DNA from: the human T2T-CHM13v2.0 reference genome, Homo sapiens
NCBI RefSeq assembly: GCF_009914755.1
Contig: NC_060931.1
Direction: 5' to 3' (one strand)
Length of the DNA: 64,000 nt
Below the pieces are notes generated by a model, which saw nothing but the letters and a program-made list of their open reading frames with translations, did no database searches and had not been told where the DNA came from. Of this stretch, positions 45,646 through 61,099 are shown in pieces. The position numbers and the translations under genes were made by a program. Each line of letters starts with the position of its first letter. Within the stretch, counting starts at the first letter, position 1.

Positions 45646-48190
45646 TATTTATATAAATACTTATATAAATTCTACAAAATATAATATTATAGGGCCTTGT
45701 ACTTTGTCTATTACAGACTGACACAGAAAATCAAAAATTGAAGCAACTTTTCCTTTCTATAGATACTAGAATCAAGTCTAAGAGGATCTGTTTTATTGGT
45801 ACCAGACATCTAAATCCCTTCCTTAGTAATGATGTCAGGATTCACCAAGAATTCCTTCCAACTATTTGGTTTTTGGAATCTAATATTCCACTGTCAGGCT
45901 TTCACCTTTACATACATTACTCTTCTGAAGACATTTTATGCCAAACACATTACTTTTATAAGGGAAGAAAAGGTTGAGTGCCCAGGGTTGAAAAAGCTAA
46001 TGGTATACCAAAATTTTTTAAAAAATATTTTAACTTCCAAGATCTTTTCAGTTTTTTTTTTTTAATGCCTTAAGTTCTAGGGTACATGTGCACAACATGC
46101 AGGTTTGTTAGATAGGTATATATGTGCCATAGTGGTTTGCTGCACCCATCAACTTGTCATTTACATTAGGTATTTCTCCTAATGCTATCCCTTCCCCAGA
46201 CCCCCACCCCTCAACAGGCCCTGATGTGTGATGTTACCCTCCCTGTGTCCATGTGTTCTCATTGTTCAGCTGCCACCTATGAGTGAGAACATGCGGTGTT
46301 TGGTTTTCTGTCCTTGTGATAGTTTGCTTAGAATGATGACTTCCAGCTTCATTCATGTCCCTGCAAAGGACATGAACTCATCCTTTTTTATGGCTGCATA
46401 GTATTCCATAGTATGTGCCACATTTTTTTTTAATCCAGTCTATCAATTGACATTTGGGTTGGTTCCAAGTTTTTGCTATTGTGAATAGTGCCACAATAAA
46501 CATACATGTCCATATGTCTTTATAGTAGCACGATTTATAATCCTTTTGGTACATACCCAGTAATGGGATGGCTGGGTCAAATGGTATTTCTAGTTCTAGA
46601 TCCTTGAGGAATCGCCACACTGTCTTCCACAGTGGTTGAACTAATTTACACTCCCACCTACAGTATAAAAGCGTTCCTGTTTCTCCACATCCTCTCCAGC
46701 ATCTGATGTTTCCTGAACTTTTTAATGATCTCCATTCTAACTGGCATGAGATGGTATCTCATTGTAGTTTTGATTTGCATTTCTCTGATGACCAGTGATG
46801 ATGAGCATTTTTTCATGTGTCTTTTGGCTGCATAAATGTCTTCTTTTGAGAAGTGTCTGTTCATATCCTTTGCCCACTTTTTGATGGGGTTGTTTGTTTT
46901 TTTCTTGTAAATTTGTTTTAAGTTCTTTTTAGATTCTGCATATTACCCCTTGTCAGATGAGTATATTGCAAAAATTGTCTCCTATTCTGTAGGTTGCCTA
47001 TTCACTCTGATGATAGTTTCTTTTGCTGTGCAGAAGCTCATTAGTTTAATTAGATCCCATTTGTCTATTTTGGTTTTTGTTGCCATTGCTTTTGGCATTT
47101 TAGTAATGAAGTCTTTGCCCATGCCTGTGTCCTGAATGGTACTGCCTAGGTTTTCTTCTAGGGTTTTTATAGTTTTAGGTCTTATATTTAAGTCTTTAAT
47201 CCATCTTGAGTTAATTTTTATATACAGTGTAAGGAAGGGATCCAGTTTCAGCTTTCTACATATGGCTAGCCAGTTTTCCCAGCACCATTTATTAAATAGG
47301 GAATCCTTACCCCATTTCTTGTTTTTGTCAGGTTTGTCAAAGATCAGATGGTTGTAGATGTGTGGTGTTATTTCTGAGGCCTCCATTGTGTTCCATTGGT
47401 CTATATCTCTGTTTTGGTACCAGTACCATGCTGTTTTGGTTACCGTAGCCTTGTAGTATAGTTTGAAGTCAGGTAGCGTGATGCCTCCAGCTTTGTTCTT
47501 TTGGCTTAGGATTATCTTGGCTATGCAGGATCTTTTTTGGTTCCATGTGAACTTTAAAGTAGCTTTTTCCAGTTCTGTGAAGAAAGTCAGTGGTAGCTGG
47601 ATGGGGATAGCATTGAATCTATGAATTACCTTGGGCAGTATGGTCATTTTCATGATATTGATTCTTCCTATCCATGAGCATGGAATGTTCTTCCATTTGT
47701 TTGTGTCTTCTTTCATTTCATTGAGTAGTGATTTGTAGTTCTCCTTGAAGAGATCCTTCACATCCCTTGTAAGTTGGATTCCTAGGAATTTTATTCTCTT
47801 TGAAGCAATTGTGAATGGGAGTTCACTCATGATTTGGCTCTCTGTTTGTCTGTTATTGGTGTACAAGAATGCTTGTGATTTTTGCACACTGATTTTTTAT
47901 CCTGAGACTTTGCTGAAGTTGCTTATCAGCTTAAGGAGATTTTGGGCTGAGATGATGGGGTTTTCTAAATATACAGTCGTGTCATCTGCAAACAGGGACA
48001 ATTTGACTTCCTCTTTTCCTAATTGAATACCCTTTATTTCTTTCTCTTGCCTCATTACCCTGGCCAGAACTTCCAACACTATGTTGAATGGGAATGGTGA
48101 GAGACGGCATCCATGTCTTGTGCCGGTTTTCAAAGGGAATGCTTCCAGTTTTTGCCCATTCGGTATGATATTGGCTGTAGGTTTGTCCTA

Positions 48191-48331
<141 letters not shown>

Positions 48332-48617
48332 TTATGTAATGGATTACGCTTATTGATTTGTGTATGTTAAATCAGCCTTGCATCCCAGAGATGAAGCCGA
48401 CTTGATTGTGGTGGATAAGCTTTTTGATGTGCTGCTGGATTCAGTTTGCCAGTATTTTATTGAGGATTTTTGCACTGATGTTCATCAGGGATATTCGTCT
48501 AAAGTTCTTTTTTTGTTGTTGTTGTGTCTCTGCCAGACTTTGGTGTCAGGATGATGCTGGCCTCATAAAATGAGTTAGGGTAGATTCCCTCTTTTTCTAT
48601 TGATTGGAATAGTTTCA

Positions 48618-48989
<372 letters not shown>

Positions 48990-51181
48990 CTAAAACCAGC
49001 TCCTGGATTCATTGATTTTTTGAAGGGATTTTGTGTCTCTATCTCTTTCAGTTCTGCTCTGATCGTAGTTATTTCTTGCCTTCTGCTAGCTTTTGAATTT
49101 GTTTGCTCTTGCTTCTCTAGTTCTTTTAATTGTCATGTTAGGGTATTGATTTCAGGTCTTTTCTGCTTTCTCTTGTGGGCATGCATTTAGTGCTATAAAT
49201 TTCCCTCTACACACTGCTTTAAATGTGTCCCAGAGATGCTGGTATGTTGTGTCTTTGTTCTCACTGGTTTCAAAGAACATCTTTATTTCTGCCATCATTT
49301 TGTTATTTACCCAGTAGTCATTCAGGAGCAGGTTGTTCAGTTTTTATGTAGTTGTGCAGTTTTGAGTGAGTTTATTAATCCTGAGTTCTAATTTCATTAC
49401 ACTATGGTCTGAGAGACAGTTTGTTGTGATTTCTGTTTTTTTACATTTGCTGAGGAGTGTTTTCTTTCCAATTATGTGGTCAGTTTTAGAATAAGTGGGA
49501 TGTGGTGCTGAGAAGAATGTATATTCTGTTGATTTGGGTTGGAGAGTTCTGTAGATGTCTATTAGGTCCACTTGGTCCAGAGCTGAGTTCAAGTCCTGGA
49601 TATCCTTGTTAACCTTCTGTCTCACTGATCTGTCTAATATTGACAGTGGGGTGTTGAAGTCTCCCATTATTATTGTGTGGGAGTCTAATTCTCTTTGTAA
49701 GTCTCTAAGGACTTGCTTTATGAACCTGGGTGCTCCTGTATTGGGTGCATATACATTTAGGATAGTTAGCACTTCTTGTTGAATTGATCCCTTTATGATT
49801 ACCTAGGGGCCTTCTTTGTCTCTTTTGATCTTTGTTGGTTTAAAGTCTGTTTTATCAGAGACTAGGATTGCAACCCCTGCTTTTTTTTTCTTTCCATTTG
49901 CTTGGTAGATCTTCTTCCATTCCTTTATTTTGAGCCCATCTGTGTCTTTGCACTTTAGATAGGTCTCCTGAATACAGCACACTGATGGGTCTTGACTCTT
50001 TAACCAACTTGCTAGTCTGTGTCTTTTAATTGGGGAATTTACCACATTTACATTTAAGGTTAATATTGTTATGTTTGAATTTGATCCTGTCAATATGATC
50101 TTAGCTGGTTATTTGGCCCTTAGTTAATGCAGTTTTTTCATAACATCAGTGGTTTTTACAATTTAGCATGTTTTTGCAGTGGCTGGTACCAGTTGTTCCT
50201 TTCCGCGTTTAGTGCTTCCTTCAGGAGCTCTTGTAAGGCAGGCCTTGTGGTGACAAGATCTCTCAGCATTTGCTTGTCTGTAAAGGATTTCATTTCTCCT
50301 TCATGTGTTAAGCGTAGTTTGGCCAGATATGAGATTCTGGGTTGAAAATTCTTTTGTTTAAGAAGGGTGAATATTGGACACCACTCTCTTCTGGCTTATA
50401 GGGTTTCTGCAGAGAGATCAACTGTTAGTCTGATGGGTTTCCCTTTGTGGGTATCCCAAACTTTCTCTCTGGCTGCCCTTAACATTTTTTCCTTCATATC
50501 AACTTTGGTGAATCTGACAATTATGTGTCTTGGGGTTGCTCTTCTTGAGGAGTAGCTTTGTGGTGTTCTCTGTATTTCCTGAATTTGAATGTTGGCCAGC
50601 CTTGCTAGGTTGGGGAAGTTCTCCTGGATAACATCGTGAAGAGTGATTTCCAACTTGTTTCCATTCTCCCTGTCACTTTCTGATACACCAGTCAAACATA
50701 TATTTGGTCTTTTCACATAGTCCCATATTTCTTGGAGGCGTTGTGCATTTCTTTTCACTCTTTTTTCTCTAACCTCATCTTCTCATTTTATCTCATTAAT
50801 TTGATCTTCAATCACTGATATCCTTTCTTCCACTTGATCGAATTGGCTGTTGAAGTTTGTGGCTGCATCACGAAGTTCTCGTGCCGTGGTTTTCAGCTCC
50901 CTCAGGTCATTTAAGGTCTTCTCTACACTGTTTATTCTAGGTAGCCATTCATCTAATCTTTTTTTGAGGGTTTTAGCTTCCTTGTGATGAGTTAGAACAT
51001 GCTCCTTTAGCTTGGAGAAGTTTGTTATTACCAACCTTCTGAAGCCTACTTCTGTCAACTTGTCAAACTCATTATCTGTTCAGTTTTGTTCCCTTCCTGA
51101 CGAGGAGCTGTGATCCTTTGGAGGAGACGAGGCACTCTGGTTTTTGGAATTTTCAGCTTTTGTGCTCTGGTTTCTCCCCAT

Positions 51182-52210
51182 CTTTGTGGTTTTATCTAAC
51201 TTTGGTGTTTGATTTTGGTGACATACAGATGGGGTGTTGGTGTGGATGTCCTTTTTGTTGATGCGGATGCTATTCTTTTCTGTTTGTTAGTTTTCCTTCT
51301 AACAGTCAGCCCCCTCAGCTGCAGGTCTGTTGGAGTTTGCTGGAGGTCCACTCCAGACCCTGTTTGCCTTGGTGTCACCAGCAGAGGCTTCAGAACAGCA
51401 AATATTGCTGCTTCATCCTTCCTCTGGAAGCTTCGTCCCAGAGAGGCACCCTCCTGTTTGAGGTGCTTGTCGGCCCCTACTGGGAGGTGTCTCCCAGTCA
51501 GGCTACATGGGGTTCAGGGACCCGCTTGAGGAGGCAGTCTGTCTGTTCTCAGAGCTTGAGTGCCATGCTGAGAGAACCACTGCTCTCTTCAGAGCTGTCA
51601 GACAGGGACATTTAAGTCCAAAGAAGCTGTCTGCTCCCTTTTGTTCAGTTATGCCCTGCTCCCAGAGGTGGAGTCTAGAGAGGCAGGAGTCCTTGCTGAG
51701 CTGTGGTGGGCTCTGCCCAGTGCGAGGTTCCCAGCTGCTTTGTTTACACTGTGTGCAACTCAAGCCTCAGCAATGGCGGATGCCCTTCCCCCCGTCAAGC
51801 TGCAGTGTTGCAGGTTGATCTCAGACTGCTGCATTAGCAGTGAGCAAGGCTCCGTGGATGTGGGACCCACCGAGCCAGGCACAGGAGGGTATCTCCTGGT
51901 CTGCTGGTTGCTAAGACTGTGGGAAAACCACAGTATTTGGTCAGAAGTATACTGTTTCTCCAGGTACAGTCTGTCTTGGCTTCCCTTGGCTAGGAAAGGG
52001 AAGTCCCCCAACCTTTTGCACTTCCTAGGTGAGGCGATGCCCTGCCCTGCTTCAGCTCGCCCTCCATGGGCTGCACCTACTGTCCAACCTGTCCCAATGA
52101 GATGAACCAGGTACCTCAATTGGAAATGCAGAAATCACCCATCTTCTGTGTTGATTTTGCTGGGAGTTGCAGACTGGAGCTGTTCCTATTCGGCCATCTT
52201 GGAAGCGACC
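51182..52210. promoter_or_regulatory. L1 5'UTR: sense promoter (minus) and antisense promoter (plus); CpGs largely decayed
   Basis: Complete ~1.03-kb 5'UTR; current activity not demonstrable from sequence. Confidence 0.6.
51773..52105 (+). CDS. L1 antisense ORF0 homologue, open for 110 aa (translation unproven)
   Basis: gcaATGg Kozak; MADALPPVKLQCCRLISDCCISSEQGSVDVGPTEPG... resembles L1HS ORF0 as I recall it (MAGAPPPASLPPCSLISDCCASNQRDSVGVGPSEPG). Confidence 0.45.
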   Translation: MADALPPVKLQCCRLISDCCISSEQGSVDVGPTEPGTGGYLLVCWLLRLWENHSIWSEVYCFSRYSLSWLPLARKGKSPNLLHFLGEAMPCPASARPPWAAPTVQPVPMR

Positions 52211-52519
52211 TCTTTTCAGTTTTAAAATCTTTGTAATTCCTTGACTACAAGCAACTTGTAACATAAAATCAAATTGTACACCTTTTTTTTTTTTTTTGGC
52301 AAAATGTCTTTTATTTATTTATTTATTTGGCTTACAAAAACAAACATTTTCCTCATTCACAGTCTGTGGGTTGGGTGGAGGGGCTGTGATTCAGGTGGTG
52401 GGTTGAGTACTGATCAGTTCCATATGTCTCCCCTGGAAGCAGCACCTACCTGAGATGGGCCCTTCTCATTACAGATGGAAGCAGCACAAAAAAAGGGCTA
52501 GCGGAAGCTTTTCGTTACT

Positions 52520-52680
52520 CTTTTTTTCTCATAGGTTTTGGGGGACAGGGGATGTTTAGTTACATGAGTAAGTTCTTTAGTGGTAATTTGTGAGATTTTG
52601 GTGTACCCATCACCCCAGCAGTATAACTGTATCCAATTTGTAGTCTTTTATTTCTCACCCCCCTCCAACCCTTTTCCCCA
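52520..52680 (-). mobile_element. L1PB-type 3' end fragment
   Basis: TTACATGAGTAAGTTCTTTAGTGGTAATTTGTGAGATTTTGGTGTACCCATCACCC. Confidence 0.75.
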
Positions 52681-52888
52681 AATTCCCAATATCTTTTAAA
52701 ATGTTAAAATGTATTCATATATTAATATAGCAGGCATTTATCTAGAACCTGTAGACATTGTTTATATAGATAAACAGATGTAATTCTTTAAAGAGTTTGA
52801 AATATGGTTGATGGTGGGAGTGGGCTAAACAAACAAAATAATCTGATATAATCTGATGAGTGCTGTATTAGAGGTGAATATAAGCATT

Positions 52889-53350
52889 TGTATTAGTTTC
52901 TAGGGCTACCATAACAAATTGCCACAGATTGGGTAGTTTAAACAACCAACAGTTTTTCTCTCAATCTTTCTCTCCCTCTTCAAGAGGTCAGAAATCCAAA
53001 ATAAAGATGTCAGTACTTTTGATTTCCTCTGGGGGCTCAGAGAGAATTGTCCGTGCAGAGATTCTGGTGGCTGCTGGCAATCCTTGGTGTTTGTTGGCTT
53101 ACTGATGCATCAGTTGCTTCAATCTTTGCCTCCATCTTTACATCGCCTTCCTCTCTGTTGTGTCTCTTTCCATATTGCTCTCTCATTTATTTCAGGAAAA
53201 CATCATTGTGTTTAGGGCCCATCCTAAGTCCAGTATGATTGTATTTCAAGATCTCTAACTAATTACATCTATTAAGACCCTATTTCTAAATAAGGTCACA
53301 TGAGATCCTGGGTGGACATGAATTTTTTGGTGACACAATTCAACCTGTTA
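52889..53350 (-). mobile_element. MLT1 (B/C-type) MaLR solo LTR within a reverse L2
   Basis: TGTATTAGTTTCTAGGGCTACCATAACAAATTGCCAC...TAAATAAGGTCACAT...GACACAATTCAACC. Confidence 0.82.
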
Positions 53351-55970
53351 GAGGTGTTAGGGGTAGTTAAAGATAGGCATCTAATGCAGCCTGGGCTGGG
53401 TGTGGATGGGAGGTTCAGGAAAATTTCTTGAAGCAACAGGTGCCTAAGTTTAGTTGGAGAATATGAGGTTAAAGGGGAAGAGAGTAACCAGGTTGTGGAG
53501 CATCTATTTGCCACCCTGAAGAGTGTGTATTTTATCCAGTAACTCAGTGATTCTCCTCTTTTGCGTTCTGTAACAAATTTGAAGAATATGAGACTCTCAC
53601 ATTAGAAACATCTGCTGTTTCTGGAAATGATACTCAAGTAAGCCTGTCATACATCAGAATCTTAGAAGTTAATGTGCAGTTTGAAAAAGTCCAGTGGGTG
53701 ATTCAGGTTCACCTCTTGTCTTTCCAACAGATTGAATATTGATAAGCAAATAGTGAAAGGATTTAAGCAAAGAATGCATGTATATAATTATGTTACCTTT
53801 TGATATGTTAATAATGTCACATGTAAAATAATACCCTCTATCTGTCGACCTATCTGTTTATACATATTGCCATGGTTCAGGATGGAAGTGAATTAAAACA
53901 GGATGACTATAGGCAGAAAACCAGTTAGCAGACGAATGAAATAGTCCATATTAGTGTTTGTGCAGGTCTGATTATGGAAATGTTCAGAAAATATAAAGGT
54001 GCGAATAAATTTAAGAGCTATATGGGAGGTAGAATTAGCAAGATTTTACAAAAAAAATTATAAATAAGACTGGTAGTAATGATTCTCAGGTTTCTTGCCT
54101 GTAATCATTATATCTGGAAATCAAAAGTCTTCTTGAAGAAAAGTAGTTTTGGTAATATGGGGGCAGAAGTGATATTATTACATGGACTTGAGGAGTAAGG
54201 AGGAAATGAGAGGTGAAACGCAGCATATATCTCTAAATGTATGAGCATATTTTGTATGTTCGTGTGTGCGTATCAGTTTCTGTATCTATATATAGACATA
54301 CAGCATATTTGCTAGGACAGTCTTGGGCATATCTGGCACTTGAGTCAATTCAGCTGTAATCTTAAAATAAGTAATTGTATTGTAAAGGCTTCTTCCTGAG
54401 GAGTTTATAATCTCAGTAATATAAACTATCAGATTTGAATTGACATCTCCTTTTCAAATCACAGTTGTTCAATTTATACTTTATACTAAAATCTTATTAT
54501 AGTATATATAAAGTACATTTTAGTGAATTTTTACATCAATCACTATAAGCTGTTGAACAGGGACATGTTGGCACTATGTTCATTTGTCTGTTACAGAAAA
54601 GAAATATCAGAGTTTGCCCTGTGGAGTAAAAAGTAAAGAACAGATTTAGAATGATATTGATTTCTTTGAGAGTATAACTTTTATTGAAGAGCTATCACTC
54701 CCATGCTACTGCATTATGTTTGTAAAAGGAATTGAAGTTGTTCAAGGTTCTCTGTGCTTTTTATTACAATTTATCCCATCAATGAAACTGTAATTGATGT
54801 TCCACTCAAACAAGACTTTATGTAAAGAACATTTTTAACATTAGGACTTCCAGTTTATAGTTTGTGGATTTTTTTTGTTTTGTTTTGAGAGTTTTTTCTC
54901 ACCAATTATTGATGACTTGCCACATGTAGCCATTTCTAATCACTCTTTACAATTTGTCAGAAAGAATCCTTATAGAATTACAGGGCAGGTGCAATGAGAG
55001 ATTTAGAGGTTGTTTTATATTATCTTGTGCATTTTAACACATCTGTTTTCCAGGTACTGCTAAAACTTCAGATTTTCAATCATATTTGTAGCTAGTCTAG
55101 TTCCCTTATGATTGGCTTTGAGGTCTTGGAGAAGAATGTGCATGAATGAGATGATAGGGAGAACAGGTGGGAGAAAACCAGCTGTGCACATTAATTTTTG
55201 AGGGTCACCCTGAAAGAGACCAATGAATAGACAGGAGCTTTTGTTGCTTAATATGCAAGTAATATGTATAAGCAGGGTTTGTAGGTGTGTAAGATTCTTT
55301 ACTTGATTTATTCATTCACAGTATGTTTTACAACACACTGTGGAGACAGACCACTTTCATAGAGTGACAAAAATTATCCATGAGACTGAAAATTTTATCA
55401 TAACAAATACACTGACTTTTATACAGTTTTAAATGCGTATGCATACTTGAAACATATTTTCATCAGTGATTTTTATTTGTAATATATATCTAATGCAATT
55501 AGCACATCTCTTCTGTCCTCAGCTGATATCACCATTAGTAGATAAAGCATGAAGACTCAAGCATTTTCCATTCGGTTCAATATTTTTTAACTTTGATTAA
55601 ATACAGGCTTTTGTACAACTTCATTCTGAAGTGCAAATCAGTGTCTTACTCTTTTCATTCACTTTAGCTATTTGTACATAGCTTGAGTACATGAATGAGA
55701 CATGAAAAACATCAGGGTTAGTATAGTTATTGTGCAAAAAAAAGTTGCACAATGGTTATTGTGCAAAAAAATCACTAAGTATCAAATGATAACTACGTAA
55801 TGGAAATAGGAATGCGGACAACTAAAAATTAAGAAATTGTGAAAACTTTATAAACTTTGGCATAATGAATTTACGAGTATGAGAGACAAGATAACACAGT
55901 AGTTAAAAAGGCAGTCTCCTGAGACTATCCTGATTATGAATCCTGAGCCCACCTCTTAAGAGCTTGTGAT

Positions 55971-56264
55971 GGCTGGGTGTGGTGGCTCACACCTGTAATC
56001 CCAGCACTTTGGGAGGCCAAGGCGAGTGGATCACTTGAGGTCAGGAGTTCAAAACCAACCTGACCAACATGGTGAAACCCTGTCTCTTCTAAAAAATACA
56101 AAAAATTAGCTGGGTGTGATGGCATGCACCTGTAGTCCCAGGCTACCCAGGAGGCTGAGGTAGGAGAATTGTTTGAACCCAGGAGGCGGAGGTTGCCGTG
56201 AGCTCAGATCACACCACTGTACTCCAGCCTGGGTGACCAAGCAAGACTGTGAGAAAAAAAAAAA
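55971..56264 (+). mobile_element. AluS SINE inserted into a MIR
   Basis: Full dimer; AGCTTGTGA duplicated before the Alu and after its expanded tail. Confidence 0.92.
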
Positions 56265-56392
56265 GAGAGGGAGAGAGAGCGAGAGAGAGGAGAGAGAGAG
56301 AGAGAAAGAAAGGAAAAAGGGAAAGGGAGGAAGGAAAGAGAGAGAAAGAAGGAAGGAAAGAGAAAGAAAGAAAGAAAGAAAGAAAAAGAAAG
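56251..56392. repeat. Polypurine tract, (GA)n/(GGAA)n/(GAAA)n expanded Alu tail
   Basis: About 140 nt almost purely A/G. Confidence 0.92.
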
Positions 56393-57504
56393 GCAAGCTT
56401 GTGAGTAGGAGCAAGTAGCAGCTAACCTGTCTTAACATATGGTATACTATCACTTCAGTAGACTGGTGCATGAAACCTTTTGATTAATCAAATATTCTGA
56501 TGTTCAAAACATTTTTCACTGAAACATTTCTTGGATTATAAATTTGAATAGAATTAGCATATAATATGGGCACTTAAGACTAAACCAACATTAAAGATGC
56601 TTTAATTGGCAAAGATTCTCAGGATAATTTATATAATAGTTCACTTTTATTGAGCAATGACTAAGTGCTTTTTAGAATGCTAAAAGTTTTACTTTTATTG
56701 TCTAATCCTTTAGTTTTATCCATAGTTCATTGAGTTTTATGCAAATATTATTTCAATTTTCAAATAAGGACACTGAGATACAGACTGTTTAATTAATTGA
56801 CTCAAAGTTTTAAGAAATTGGCAATGCCAGAATTGCTGAGTGTAAAAAGCAAGCTCTAAAAGGTTACACGCTTTTTTTATATAACAAATTGAAATGACAA
56901 AATAGTTAAAATGGAAATCAGATTAGTGCTTGGATAAGGGTTTAGGGAAATCAGGGTTGAAGGTGGGGACAGGGCAAAGGGATATGGGTGTGGCTATGTT
57001 AGTGCAATTGGAGAAATCTTTGCAGTGAGGAACCCCAAATTTTGACTGTGGTGATGGACAAACAAATCTTCATGTGGGAATTTAAAAAATACATAGACAT
57101 AAAATATTTTCAGGGCTTGGGCTTCTCAGTGGAACTAATTAATACAAGGCAGATACCCTCCCCTCCCCGACAAAAGTGAACCAAGCTGGGTCTTTCTCAA
57201 CTATTAGGGATCAGAAAAATAAAAGGAGGTAGGAAAGGAGGAATAGTGAGAGAAGAAGATAGGGAAAGAGAAAAACAAAGAAAGGGTTAAAATAGGGCAG
57301 AGTTATTAATAGTGAAGATGCTGGACAAAATCAAAAGAGAACAATTTTGAAATACAATGAATAGAACTTGGTTGGTTAATAGGTGAAGGAGGGAAACCAA
57401 AGAGTCTAGGATAATTTGTACATGTCTTGGCTTAGATGATATATATATTTATGATGGTTCTTGGAGGAGTAGAAGGTTTTATGTGAGAATGATAAATAGA
57501 GGCT

Positions 57505-57765
57505 TATTTATTTTGGATGTCCCCTCCAAATCTCATGTTGAGATGTAATCCCCAACATTGGAGGTGGGATCTGGTGGGAGGTGCTTGGGTCATAGGGGCA
57601 GATCCTTCATGGCTTCAAGCTGTCCTCACAGTAGTGAGTGAGTTCTCATGAGATCTGGTTGTTAAAGTGTGTGGCACCTCCCCAAGTCTCTCTCTCTTGC
57701 TCTTGATTTCATCACATGACATGTAAGCTCCTGCTTTGCCTTCCAGCATGAGTAAAAGCTAAGCT
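57505..57765 (+). mobile_element. MST-type MaLR LTR, 3'-truncated
   Basis: CCCCTCCAAATCTCATGTTGAGATGTAATCCCCAACATTGGAGGTGGG. Confidence 0.8.
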
Positions 57766-57959
57766 TACCTTGAATATTTACTGAGTTTCAGCCTATCCTC
57801 TGTATATTTTGAAATTTTAAAACCTAAGTAATTTTTATTTAGTAGCATGTAATTATAGGCAAGTAATTTAAGTTCTAATCAGGTAATGCATAATTTGCCT
57901 AGAAAATCACAAAAACTATGTTCAATTTAAAACACATGATGACTTTTGTTTCCATACAG

Positions 57960-59578
<1,619 letters not shown>

Positions 59579-59749
59579 TAGGATACGTTTTATTATTAAA
59601 GGCATATATGAATATATCTGAAGACATAACATATGCTGAGGATAGTAAAATATATGTCCCAATTCTTCAAATAAAGTATTAATAAAATATTATAACAGGT
59701 GCTAGAAGAGATGCTAAATTATTTGAGAAATTAGAACGCAGTCCTCTGA

Positions 59750-60073
<324 letters not shown>

Positions 60074-60114
60074 TAGTATTAGCTAAAAGGATAAAATTAA
60101 AATTAAAAAGAAGA

Positions 60115-60451
<337 letters not shown>

Positions 60452-61099
60452 CTATAATCCTTAGAGATTATATGATACATTTTAACCTCATATTTTATAT
60501 TTTTAATAATTTCCAAAAATAAGTCATTTTGAGGATGATGAAAAGGGGTATGGTATAAAGGAAAAGTCCTGGGCTAGGTATTTGTCAGTGTAAACTATGC
60601 AACTTTGAAGAATTTAGTTAATGTTTCAGAATTTCTTTTTCTCATCTACAAAATTACAGGTTTAAAAGTGTCTGGAAAAACCATGAAATTTCATAAACAA
60701 ATAGACAAATTATAATTTGTATTTTTAAATCATCAAAGCTCTACGATGAATATAGGTTGTGTTTTAGTGTGTACACACATGCTTACAGGTGCTTCTTTTA
60801 GTTTGACCATGACAGTCAGGACTAAAGTAGACTCTAAGGGCCAAATATCAGTCAGCATAGAACTAAAATGAAATGAAGATTACAAGATACATTTTCTGCC
60901 TTTCTTAAGTGCTAAAATATTCATATTTTATAGACTGCATGCTCTATGGGAAAATGTATCTTTTACATTGTTTTGTAATAGATATCAAAGTGGAATAATC
61001 TTATATAATAAAAAAGTAACCCTTGTGTATCTAAGGGTTCATAAACTTGAAGTACATTGTAAGAATACTGAAGGAAACCAAAAATAGAACGTCAGATCA

